Translations under genes and position numbers: made by a program
The notes under the pieces: model-generated
Seen by the model: only the letters and a program-made list of their open reading frames with translations
Told to the model about the DNA's origin: nothing
The model's database searches: none
Part shown: positions 1 through 8,484 of the stretch, piece after piece
Layout: the number at the start of each line of letters is the position of its first letter
Position numbering within the stretch: position 1 is the stretch's first letter
Assembly: GCA_910587715.1 (NCBI GenBank)
Contig: CAJUMV010000001.1
Coordinates: forward strand, 102,729 to 166,728
Reading direction: 5' to 3'
Length of the DNA stretch: 64,000 nucleotides
From: an uncultured Lachnospiraceae bacterium
Lineage (GTDB): Bacteria; Bacillota; Clostridia; Lachnospirales; Lachnospiraceae

Positions 1-154
1 AAGCCTGCTCATCCTGCCATGTATAGTAGGTGATCGTCCGGCTGTCCGCCGATAAAGCAGCCTGATTGTCTGTGCCGGTGGCTTTGCCGCCGCATCCGCA
101 CAGACACAGGGCAGTAGTCAGGCTGTATAGTAAATTTTTGTATTTATTATTCAT
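1..154 (-). CDS. Lipoprotein N-terminal fragment (probable extracellular solute-binding protein); continues off the window start
   Basis: Not in the ORF track because it runs off the edge. Reverse-strand ATG at 152-154. My translation is MNNKYKNLLYSLTTALCLCGCGGKATGTDNQAALSADSRTITYYTWQDEQA: a signal peptide plus lipobox-like L-C-G-C followed by a Gly/Thr linker. Confidence 0.45.
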   Translation of the reverse strand, partial: MNNKYKNLLYSLTTALCLCGCGGKATGTDNQAALSADSRTITYYTWQDEQA

Positions 155-235
155 CTTTTCAATCCGGTGGATAAAATATCCCCCTTGCCTTTCTTCCTGT
201 TAAATAGGATAATAAATCAGTGACGAGGTATTTTC

Positions 236-1726
236 ATGTTTTATTATATATTTACATTCATTATCGTATCGTTGTTTCTGGTTTACAAGGAGAGAAACAG
301 CAAATCCATCCGGTACAGCATTCTTACCATGTGCAGCTATACGCTGGCATTGTTTATGTTTGCGCTGTATATATCGAAGGACTCTTATTACTATAACACG
401 ATTAACTATCTGTTTTCTATCCCCCTGCCAATCTGGAACAGGCTGATGTTTTTTCCGGTTTCCTTAAAGCCGGTTATCCGACTGATGAATCTGTTTATTC
501 TTGCGACGCTTTACTTTGGCACCCGGTTTGTTTTTGCTATCTGTGATCTGCCGGACAGACAGACTCGTAAATATTCCCGTATTTTTCTTGCTCTGTTCGC
601 GTTGGAATGGATACTGTATGACCCGGATCTGTTTGGTGCCGCTTATTTGTTTTTCTATCCAGATTGCTTGGATTTCCGGCAATTTAACCGTATCAAAGAT
701 GGCTTGCACGGACTCACGGTTGCTGCCAATACGGGAGTTATTCTGACAGGGCTGCTGTTATTGTACAGGAATTACAGGAAGTCTTCTCCGGTTCGTATTA
801 TTAAGGCGTATTCCGCCGGAATCGGCATTTGCCATGCATTGATTATGGGCTCTTATCTTTTTGTGTTTGGGCGCTACCCGATATGCCTTGTGAAGATATC
901 CAAGACGGCAGGTATCATGTCCTACCTGACGGCACCCCTGATTACAGATAAGTGGCTTTCCGCTTTATTCCCTTATTACCTGATATGCTCTTTTATATTG
1001 ATTTGTTTTAGCCTGTATCGCGCGGGCAGGATAGAGACTTCATTGAAAAACGAGAGTTTTACACTGTCTAAACAGATTTCGGCGGCAGATACTACATCCA
1101 AGGCGTTCTGTCATTATGTCAAGAATGAGGTGCTTGCCATCCAGTCGGAAATTGAAATCATAGATGCGACACCGGAGCAGGCGGTGTTCTTTCGAGAAAT
1201 CATAGACCGCTGCGAGCATCTTTACTTGCGCTTGGATATTCTGTACAGGAGCAGCAGAGCTTCTGTGCTCACGCTGCAGGAAACCTGTGTCAATGACGTT
1301 CTGAGAGAATTACTGTCTGATTTTTCCGGTGAACTGCGTGAATGCCGTGTACAGCTTCGGATGCCGGAAGAAACAGTGGGCGCCTTGCTCGACCGAACCT
1401 ATTTTTTCCAGGCGCTACATAATATATTGAGCAACGCGCTGGATGCAATGGACGGTATGCCGGGCGAGAAAAGACTACTCGCCGTATCTCTTGACAGCAT
1501 CAACAGGTGGACCACCATACAGATTACGGATAATGGCAGAGGAATCCCAGCGGCAGAGCTTCCCCATATATTTACGCCCTTTTACACGACCCATCCGCTG
1601 ACGAATCACTGGGGCATCGGTCTGTCTTTGACCTATAAGATTATCGAAGCGCACGAGGGGCATATTACGATAGACAGTGTGGAAAATCGGGGCACAACGG
1701 TCGAGATTCTCCTGCCGCGCATCTGA
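236..1726 (+). CDS. Multi-TM sensor histidine kinase (GHKL ATPase core); no cognate response regulator adjacent
   Basis: 496-aa ORF with GAGG about 7 nt upstream. About 8 hydrophobic helices occupy the first ~270 aa. H-box-like FCHYVKNEV is followed by N-box NILSNALDAM, G1 DNGRGIP and G2 GIGLSL. Confidence 0.8.
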   Translation: MFYYIFTFIIVSLFLVYKERNSKSIRYSILTMCSYTLALFMFALYISKDSYYYNTINYLFSIPLPIWNRLMFFPVSLKPVIRLMNLFILATLYFGTRFVFAICDLPDRQTRKYSRIFLALFALEWILYDPDLFGAAYLFFYPDCLDFRQFNRIKDGLHGLTVAANTGVILTGLLLLYRNYRKSSPVRIIKAYSAGIGICHALIMGSYLFVFGRYPICLVKISKTAGIMSYLTAPLITDKWLSALFPYYLICSFILICFSLYRAGRIETSLKNESFTLSKQISAADTTSKAFCHYVKNEVLAIQSEIEIIDATPEQAVFFREIIDRCEHLYLRLDILYRSSRASVLTLQETCVNDVLRELLSDFSGELRECRVQLRMPEETVGALLDRTYFFQALHNILSNALDAMDGMPGEKRLLAVSLDSINRWTTIQITDNGRGIPAAELPHIFTPFYTTHPLTNHWGIGLSLTYKIIEAHEGHITIDSVENRGTTVEILLPRI

Positions 1727-1744
1727 CGGGCTGCCTATGCCCGT
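1726..1744. terminator. Short hairpin between convergent genes (weak candidate bidirectional terminator)
   Basis: ACGGGC-tgcctat-GCCCGT, a 6-bp stem, lies in the 8-nt gap and overlap between the kinase stop and the GH5 stop. The flanking T-run is only short. Confidence 0.2.
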
Positions 1745-3096
1745 TTCGTCCGGCTTTGTAAAAGTGCCACATACTCCGGATAGTATTCGCAGTTTTTAAA
1801 CAGGAAAGAATCCGGCATGGTAAGCAGCTCCTCCGCGCTGTATTCCTGCAGCAGCGGTTTCAGAATGCATTCCTCCTGAAATTTGTATAAAATACCGCGC
1901 TGCCTGAACTGCATCTTATATTTTAATTCTTGGGAGGCGGCTGAAAATTCAGGCAGCTTGGTGATGGCTTTCATGAGCCGGTCTGCCTCATCCATCTCTT
2001 TATAATGTGTCCATTTTTCATGAATCCGGCTGACCAATTGCATCCACGGAGAATTGCTCTGGGGATAGCACATTCCCATAAATTGTGCGTCCTTATATGA
2101 CCAGAGTGTCCAAGAAATTGCGGCTTCATCGAATAGATCCAAAGTATCTTCCAGCAGTTCCATAGTGTGATTGATGTTTTGGCGGTCAATGTCATATCCG
2201 GCTTCACCGCACAAAATCGGTCGTCCGAACCGTTCCCGTATGGAAGCGATTTTGTTTAAGATTTCCCGGAATTTCTGTTTTCTGGCTTCCCGCTCATATG
2301 CGGGGCTGAATAGGTCTGGCTCCCACACCGTCGGATAGTAGTGGAAGGACAAGGCGGTATTGCTATCCTGTATTCTCTCGATGCAGTCGAACTGCATGGC
2401 AAAATGGTCCCCCTCCAGAAAGATGATGTGGTGAGGGTCTGCCATGCGGATATTTTCGGTCACTTCCTCATAAAAATCAGTCAGAAGATTGGGCGCATCC
2501 ATGAGGTAAGGTTCGTTTAACACATCATAGCCGAGCAGATATTCCCTGTCTGCACAACGCTCAGCTATGGCTTTCCAGAGCGAGACTATCTGGTTCCGGA
2601 ATACTTTATAAAACCAGAACTGCGGAATGCCTGTGGCATTGTCTGAATGCCAGTCGGGATTTTGCCCGCCGGGGACCGTGTGCAGGTCCGGAAGCAGATA
2701 AATTTGGTATTTGTCGCACAGATCTAGTAGATAGTCAAAATAGGAGAATCCTTTGGTCTTTAACTGTTCGGGGTGGTTGTCGTCTATAAACAGCCGGTAG
2801 TTGAACGGCACGCGGATGATGTTAACGCCGCATTTTTTCAGAAAAATGAAATCATCCTCCGTCACAAAATTACGGATGAGGGAATCGAAAAAGCGAACGC
2901 TGACCTCCTCGCCAAAAATGGCGGCAGCGGCCGCGCGGATTTGATGGTCCGGCGTAGGCAGACCAATCATAAAATGCTCCAGATTCAGGTAGCTTCCGAT
3001 GCCTACGCCCTGAAACAGCAGAGGTTTGCCGTCTTTGACAAATTGTGTGCCACTGACTTTGATAAATTTATTTTCCATCAAATATACAATCTCCAT
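1735..3096 (-). CDS. Glycoside hydrolase family 5 (cellulase/mannanase-like), no signal peptide
   Basis: 453-aa ORF with NIIRVPF, the GYDVLNEP acid/base motif and a CGEAG nucleophile-like motif. An alternative start ATG lies at 3078 (MENKF...). Confidence 0.7.
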   Translation of the reverse strand: MEIVYLMENKFIKVSGTQFVKDGKPLLFQGVGIGSYLNLEHFMIGLPTPDHQIRAAAAAIFGEEVSVRFFDSLIRNFVTEDDFIFLKKCGVNIIRVPFNYRLFIDDNHPEQLKTKGFSYFDYLLDLCDKYQIYLLPDLHTVPGGQNPDWHSDNATGIPQFWFYKVFRNQIVSLWKAIAERCADREYLLGYDVLNEPYLMDAPNLLTDFYEEVTENIRMADPHHIIFLEGDHFAMQFDCIERIQDSNTALSFHYYPTVWEPDLFSPAYEREARKQKFREILNKIASIRERFGRPILCGEAGYDIDRQNINHTMELLEDTLDLFDEAAISWTLWSYKDAQFMGMCYPQSNSPWMQLVSRIHEKWTHYKEMDEADRLMKAITKLPEFSAASQELKYKMQFRQRGILYKFQEECILKPLLQEYSAEELLTMPDSFLFKNCEYYPEYVALLQSRTKRA

Positions 3097-3210
3097 TTCT
3101 TTTTATTAAGCAGCTTGTCGCATGATACATTTATAAACAACTTACCGTATTATTTCATCTCTACCCTAATGTGACAAGGATGAAAATTTATCCTCCTCAC
3201 TCGCTAAGTT

Positions 3211-3239
3211 TTGCGCTTCCCCGCTGTTTATGCTATAAT
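3211..3239 (+). promoter_or_regulatory. SigA-type promoter TTGCGC-N17-TATAAT with TG-extended -10
   Basis: TTGCGC at 3211-3216, an exact 17-nt spacer, and TGcTATAAT ending at 3239. It sits 57 nt upstream of the first + strand gene of the glycan region. Confidence 0.5.
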
Positions 3240-3271
3240 GTTCGCGATGGCAATGAGCAGTGCGCAGACAG
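3240..3271 (+). promoter_or_regulatory. Conserved leader box, copy 1 (GTTCGCGATGGCAATGAGCAGTGCGCAGACAG)
   Basis: Near-identical to 27276-27306, with a 21-nt perfect core CGCGATGGCAATGAGCAGTGC. Both copies begin immediately after a TATAAT box. Confidence 0.5.
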
Positions 3272-3295
3272 ACAATAAGCAGAGCGGAGGAAAAT

Positions 3296-4054
3296 ATGTT
3301 TTCATTTGACGATTACAGGGAAATGATTAAAATTATAAAGTCTACGGGCAGACAGTGCGGCTACGCGGAGGCGCTAAACAGAGATTCTTTTGTTATTATG
3401 CGCCATGATGTAGAGTACAGCGTGGAGCGGGCGTGGCAGCTTGCCAAAGTGGAGCAGAGCATGGACTTTATCTCTACGTTCTTTTTCCAGTGGACAAACA
3501 ATTCCTATAATATCCTTTCCCGAAAGAATATGGATATCATCAAGGACATGCATGAGAGAGGGCAGCGTATCGGGCTTCATTTTGCGTTGAACGGCATGAC
3601 GGATATGGAACAGATCAAGAAGCGCATTCGTATGGAAATTGATATTTTAAGCGAGATGTTCGGCTTCGCCATTACGGAATTTTCTGTGCACAGACCTTCC
3701 AAGGACGTGCTTCGGGAGAATATCAAGCTGGACGGTCTGCTCAATGCGTATCAGGATGATTTTTTCACCTTTGCAGATAAAATAACAGATGATACGAAAT
3801 TGAGCGTGAAATATATGTCGGATGCAAACCATGTGTGGCGTTACGGCTACCCGGATGAGGCGAATATTACAGGTTATGATAAGGTGCAGATTCTGACGCA
3901 TCCTTTTGCGTGGAGCAAGAAAGGGTATAATAATTTTGAAAATTATCGGGCGCTGATACAGGAGAAATATGAGGAGCTGGTGCAGTCCGTGGATAATGAA
4001 TGCAAGGATTTCGGGGAATATAAGGAATATTTTATGGGTAAGGACGTAAAATAG
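3296..4054 (+). CDS. Divergent polysaccharide deacetylase-like (CE4-superfamily-like) protein
   Basis: Start moved to the ATG at 3296, which has GGAGG 6 nt upstream. The MRHDVEYS motif and an alternating beta/alpha pattern resemble the RHDVD-type deacetylase-like proteins found next to AsnB-like genes in O-antigen loci. Confidence 0.4.
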   Translation: MFSFDDYREMIKIIKSTGRQCGYAEALNRDSFVIMRHDVEYSVERAWQLAKVEQSMDFISTFFFQWTNNSYNILSRKNMDIIKDMHERGQRIGLHFALNGMTDMEQIKKRIRMEIDILSEMFGFAITEFSVHRPSKDVLRENIKLDGLLNAYQDDFFTFADKITDDTKLSVKYMSDANHVWRYGYPDEANITGYDKVQILTHPFAWSKKGYNNFENYRALIQEKYEELVQSVDNECKDFGEYKEYFMGKDVK

Positions 4055-4064
4055 GGGAGTTTAT

Positions 4065-5972
4065 ATGTGCGGGATTTGCGGGTATATCAGAAGGCGGGAG
4101 GTCACGCCCGAACAGCTGAAAAAGATGAATGATACGATGTATCACAGGGGTCCTGACGACAGCGGGGAAGAGATCTATGAGATAGCCGGAGGCTACCTTG
4201 TGGGGCTTGCGCAGAGACGGCTTTCTATTCTGGACCTTTCGGCTCTGGGGCATCAGCCCATGCATTCGGCGGATGGCAGGGTTGTTGTGGTTTATAACGG
4301 GGAAATTTATAATTTCAGAGAATTACGGGAAGAATTGGCGGACTATCCCTTCCGGTCGGACTGCGATACGGAAGTTATCATAGCCGCCTATTTAAAATGG
4401 GGGCTTTCCTGTGTGAAGCGGTTTAACGGGATGTTTGCCATCGCGCTTTTTGACAGGGAGGAAGAGGCGGTTTATCTGATTCGTGACCGCATCGGCAAGA
4501 AACCGCTCTATTATTGGTATGAGCAGGAAGAGCTCGTGTTCGCGTCGGAGTTAAAGCCGATTATGGCATGTCCGGGTTTTCAGGCTAAGATAGACAAGGG
4601 CGTGCTCTCGCGCTATCTCTTCCAGCAGTACATCAATGCGCCGGAGAGCGTTTATGAGAACGTGTATAAGCTTGCGCCCGGTGCGGTTCTCAAGTTTCGG
4701 GGCGGGCAGATTAGCACGTGGAGCTACTGGAATGTGAGGGAAGCCTATGCGGAAGCGGTGAAAGAGCCCGTGAAGAGTTATGAAGAAGCCAAAGAGCAGT
4801 TGAAAGCGCTCTTACAGCGTGCCGTGTCGCTTCGCATGATTTCGGACGTGCCGCTGGGGACCTTTTTAAGCGGCGGTTATGACTCCTCGCTGGTGACGGC
4901 AATAGCGCAGGCACATTCCGCGGAGCCTGTCAAGACTTTCTCCATCGGCTTTCAGGAGGAAAGTTATAACGAAGCGCCCTATGCCAGAGCGGTGGCGGAT
5001 TATTTGGGAACTGCCCACACGGAGCTGACGATCAGTGAGTCGGACATGCTGCGGATGGTGGAGAGTATTCCGAAGTATTATGATGAGCCTTTCGCGGATA
5101 GTTCTCAGATTCCGACGATGCTGGTATGTCAGCTGGCACGAGAGCAGGTGACGGTGGCGCTTTCCGGCGACGGCGGGGACGAGTTCTACTGTGGCTACCA
5201 TATCTATGAGAAAGTGGCGCAGGCGCAGAAGCTGGACGCGCCGGGCGCTTTTGTACATGGTTTATGTGATATGCCGGGCATAAAACGGCTTGATTTGGAG
5301 AAGAAGCTGCCCTTTAAAGTGCGGGTGATTGCCGGAAACAGAGAGCGGGAGACGAAAACACAGTTTAGTGCGGGAAACTATCCTGAGATGGCGCGCGCTA
5401 TGGTGGGCGGGATGCCTTCCGGAAAACAGGCGCTGCCGGTACATTATCCGGTGGAGAGCAGATATCCGGTCAAAGACTGGCAGGTATGCCGGATGCTTCT
5501 GGATATGGACACCTACCTGCCGGGGGACATTCTCTGCAAGATGGACCGCGCGTCCATGAAGTATTCGCTGGAAGCGAGATGCCCGATTCTTGACCCGGAT
5601 GTGATGGACTTTTCTTATCGGATTCCCCACTCCTATAAATATGCGGCGGGGGACAAAAAGCATATTTTAAAGGAGATTGCTTACGACTATATGCCGAGAG
5701 AGCTGCTGGATCGTCCGAAGAAAGGGTTTGGCGTGCCGCTTGATAAATGGCTGAGGGGGGCACTCAGAGAACAACTGTTATTTTACGCAGGACATGACTT
5801 TATGAAGCGTCAAAATCTATTCGACGAATCGTATGTGTCAAAGCTGGTGAAGAGCTACCTTGAGAAAGGAGACAGGGGGCGGGGAACGGGAGAAAATTAT
5901 TCCGGACTGATTTGGGCATTCTTTGTTTTCCAACAGTGGTACGCAAATTTCCACGAGAATCGTAACGGGTGA
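4065..5972 (+). CDS. asnB: Asparagine synthase (glutamine-hydrolysing) family amidotransferase, paralog 1
   Basis: MCGICGY provides the N-terminal Cys nucleophile and FLSGGYDSS the PP-loop. The 635-aa ORF has a GGGGAG RBS. Confidence 0.85.
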   Translation: MCGICGYIRRREVTPEQLKKMNDTMYHRGPDDSGEEIYEIAGGYLVGLAQRRLSILDLSALGHQPMHSADGRVVVVYNGEIYNFRELREELADYPFRSDCDTEVIIAAYLKWGLSCVKRFNGMFAIALFDREEEAVYLIRDRIGKKPLYYWYEQEELVFASELKPIMACPGFQAKIDKGVLSRYLFQQYINAPESVYENVYKLAPGAVLKFRGGQISTWSYWNVREAYAEAVKEPVKSYEEAKEQLKALLQRAVSLRMISDVPLGTFLSGGYDSSLVTAIAQAHSAEPVKTFSIGFQEESYNEAPYARAVADYLGTAHTELTISESDMLRMVESIPKYYDEPFADSSQIPTMLVCQLAREQVTVALSGDGGDEFYCGYHIYEKVAQAQKLDAPGAFVHGLCDMPGIKRLDLEKKLPFKVRVIAGNRERETKTQFSAGNYPEMARAMVGGMPSGKQALPVHYPVESRYPVKDWQVCRMLLDMDTYLPGDILCKMDRASMKYSLEARCPILDPDVMDFSYRIPHSYKYAAGDKKHILKEIAYDYMPRELLDRPKKGFGVPLDKWLRGALREQLLFYAGHDFMKRQNLFDESYVSKLVKSYLEKGDRGRGTGENYSGLIWAFFVFQQWYANFHENRNG

Positions 5973-6187
5973 GATTTAAAAAAACGCAAGAATTGCGAAT
6001 GTTATTTTGACGAAACTGAAAAAGAATTTTCAGAAAATAAGATGAATTATCTATACTTTCAGACAGACGAAAATAAATGAGAATTTAATTAAGAATGCAA
6101 TTTTTGACGGATTTAGGCGAAAAATGCAGGAATATTATTCGAAAACAGGTGTAATTAGTCGAAAAATGAAGGAATTTATGCAAGCCC
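5973..6187. promoter_or_regulatory. AT-rich intergenic island with two hairpins and arrayed CGAAA(A)...GAAT direct repeats; candidate promoter TTCAGA-N17-TATACT (6029-6057)
   Basis: Hairpins are CGCAA-gaa-TTGCG and CTGAAAA-agaa-TTTTCAG. Repeats CGAAAAATGCAGGAATAT (6118-6135) and CGAAAAATGAAGGAATTT (6160-6177) are flanked by degenerate copies near 6011, 6068 and 6140. TGACGAA lies at 6008-6014. Confidence 0.3.
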
Positions 6188-7297
6188 ATGAATAAGAAAA
6201 ACGAACGAAAAAAAATAGCCTTCTATATTGGCTCCCTCGCCAAAGGCGGAGCAGAACGTGTGTTTGTGAATCTGGCGGCGTACTTTCGGGAGGAAGGATA
6301 CGCTGTCGTTATGGTGACACAATATCAGAAGGAGGAGGAGTATAAACTGCCCGATGGAATGGAACGGGTTCTCTCCGATATCGAAGAAGAAAAAGTGTCC
6401 GCAAGCCGGGTAGTGAATTTCTTCAGACGGCTCAATAAATTACATGTGATATGGAAAGAACAGAAAGCGGATCTCGTGTTGTCCTGCATCGGAAAAAATA
6501 ATTTTATGGCAGTTGTCACCACGATGGGGACAAAAACGAAGGCTGTGGTTTCTGTGGTCGGGGAGACGAAGGAGGAATATCCCTCGAGGGGAATGCGGAT
6601 GCTGGCGGATTTTCTCTTTTCCCGCGCAGCAGGTGTTATTTTACAGACAGAGCGTTCCAAGAGCTTTTTTTGCAGGAAAGTGAGGGAGAAGGCTGTCATC
6701 CTGCCCAACTCCCTGAATCCAGCTTTTATCATGCCGCGGTATGAGGGCGTGCGGGAGAAGAGGATTGTGTCTGTGGGGCGTATGGATGCCAACAAGAACC
6801 ATGAGATGCAGCTTCGCGCGTTTGCGGCTTTAAAGGACAAATACCCGGATTATACGCTTGAGATTTACGGTGACGGGGAGCTGCGCTCCCATATAGAAGA
6901 AACGGCGGCACAGCTTGGCATTGCGGAACGGCTTTTTCTGCCCGGCGTGGTGCAGGACGTGGCGGCGCGGATTGAGAAAGCGTCCTTGTTTCTGCTCACT
7001 TCCTATTCGGAGGGGGTTTCCAATGCCCTGATTGAAGCGCTGGCGCTGGGACTGCCGGTGATTGCCACGGACGTGCCAAGCGGCGGCACGGAGGAGCTGA
7101 TGACGGACGGCGTGAACGGGCTGGTGATTCCCGCGGGGGATCAGACGGCGCTTACACGTGCCATGGACAGGCTTTTAGAGGAGCCGGATTATGCGGACAG
7201 GCTTGGCAGGGAAGCGGCGCGGATTCAGGAAAGTCTTGCGCCGGAGCGGGTGAATTCCATGTGGAAAGCGTATTTTGAGAAAGTTATAGATAAATAA
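6188..7297 (+). CDS. Glycosyltransferase family 4
   Basis: The C-terminal EGVSNALIEALALGLPVIATDVPSGGTEELMTDGVNGLVIP segment is an E-x7-E GT4 retaining-transferase signature. The ORF is 369 aa. Confidence 0.8.
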   Translation: MNKKNERKKIAFYIGSLAKGGAERVFVNLAAYFREEGYAVVMVTQYQKEEEYKLPDGMERVLSDIEEEKVSASRVVNFFRRLNKLHVIWKEQKADLVLSCIGKNNFMAVVTTMGTKTKAVVSVVGETKEEYPSRGMRMLADFLFSRAAGVILQTERSKSFFCRKVREKAVILPNSLNPAFIMPRYEGVREKRIVSVGRMDANKNHEMQLRAFAALKDKYPDYTLEIYGDGELRSHIEETAAQLGIAERLFLPGVVQDVAARIEKASLFLLTSYSEGVSNALIEALALGLPVIATDVPSGGTEELMTDGVNGLVIPAGDQTALTRAMDRLLEEPDYADRLGREAARIQESLAPERVNSMWKAYFEKVIDK

Positions 7298-7325
7298 CAC
7301 GCGATATTAATGAAGGAGGTTTTCT

Positions 7326-8468
7326 GTGGGAACAGGGACAGAGAACAAGGTAAATAGGGAAACGGGCGGCGGAGATTCTGCGGTCAGTGCGATACAGGCG
7401 GCGCTGCGAATTATGGTTTTTCTTGCGATATTCGTGGGTATCCTTCTGCCCGTATCTTATATGGTACGGACAAACGGCGACGTAAAGGACCGTTTTGCAG
7501 GCTTTTATGCGGAAAAGAAAGATTCGCTCGACGTTGTGATCATCGGTTCCAGCCCGGTCTTTCCTTACTATGCGGCGCCGAAGCTGTGGGGGGAGACGGG
7601 GATTGCCATGTACCCGCTTTCTACCAATGTACAGCGCCCTGCCGCCATGCGTTATCTGGCACAGGAGGCGGCGAAAAGCCAGTCGCCTGCGCTCTATATT
7701 TTCGAGATGCGCATGTTTACGATGGAAGAGGCGGGGCTGATGGAGAATATGGCATATACCCGGGGCGTAACGGATAATCTGCGCTATTCGCCTCAGCGAA
7801 TCCGCACGATACGAGGGTTGGTGCCGGAGGACGATGCGGAAGGGCGGCTAAGCTACTATTTTGATATTATGAAATATCACACGAACTGGAAAATGCTGGC
7901 GCTTCCCTCTGAGTGGGCGAACATGTTCTATCATCACAGCCATCCGCTGAAAGGCTATACTTTCCGGGACGAGGTGGGACCGCAGCCGCAGCCCGTCTGT
8001 GGCGGCGCAAAAGGCGTTTTGGCAATGCCAAAGGAGCAGGAAGCGTATTTACGGGAGCTGCTTGCTTATCTGCAGGAAAACAGGCAGGAGGCGTTGTTTA
8101 TCGCCTCTCCTTACGGGGAATCTCTGGAGGAACAACAGATGTTCAACTATATGGCGGATATTGTGGAAGAGAGCGGCTATGCCTTTTTGAATATGAACGA
8201 TTACTATGATGAGATTGGCATTGTTTTTGAGGAGGATTTCGCGGATTACGGCAGCCATACCAATGCAGTGGGGGCGGAAAAGTGTACGGATTTCCTGAAA
8301 AATTATCTGACTGCCCGCTACGCGCTCCCTGACCACCGTGGAGACGTTTCTTACGATTCGTGGGACAAAGCCTATGAGTTATGGAAAACAAGGCAGGATG
8401 AGGCTGCTAGGACGATTAGAGAGCGGATTGCGAACGGGGAGTATGCTGAAATCGCGGAAGAGGATTAG
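7326..8468 (+). CDS. Membrane-anchored SGNH/DltD/AlgJ-like protein (putative glycan O-acyl modification)
   Basis: GTG start with GAAGGAGG upstream and a single N-terminal TM. VVIIGSSPVF is a candidate Ser block. C-terminal DYGSHTNAVGA resembles the D-x-x-H(W/T) block of SGNH-like acyltransferases. Confidence 0.35.
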   Translation: MGTGTENKVNRETGGGDSAVSAIQAALRIMVFLAIFVGILLPVSYMVRTNGDVKDRFAGFYAEKKDSLDVVIIGSSPVFPYYAAPKLWGETGIAMYPLSTNVQRPAAMRYLAQEAAKSQSPALYIFEMRMFTMEEAGLMENMAYTRGVTDNLRYSPQRIRTIRGLVPEDDAEGRLSYYFDIMKYHTNWKMLALPSEWANMFYHHSHPLKGYTFRDEVGPQPQPVCGGAKGVLAMPKEQEAYLRELLAYLQENRQEALFIASPYGESLEEQQMFNYMADIVEESGYAFLNMNDYYDEIGIVFEEDFADYGSHTNAVGAEKCTDFLKNYLTARYALPDHRGDVSYDSWDKAYELWKTRQDEAARTIRERIANGEYAEIAEED

Positions 8469-8484
8469 AAAGGATAAATAACAC

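Noticed and set aside
6208-6215. Other homopolymers as possible phase-variation sites: A8 at 6208-6215 (GT4), A8 at 23044-23051 (GT4), T8 at 31637-31644 (wzy-like 2) and G7 at 29756-29762 (wzx).
   Set aside because: All are in frame at present. A/T runs of 8 are common in this composition, and G7 is below the length where slippage is usually appreciable. They are worth a glance in read data but not callable from the sequence.
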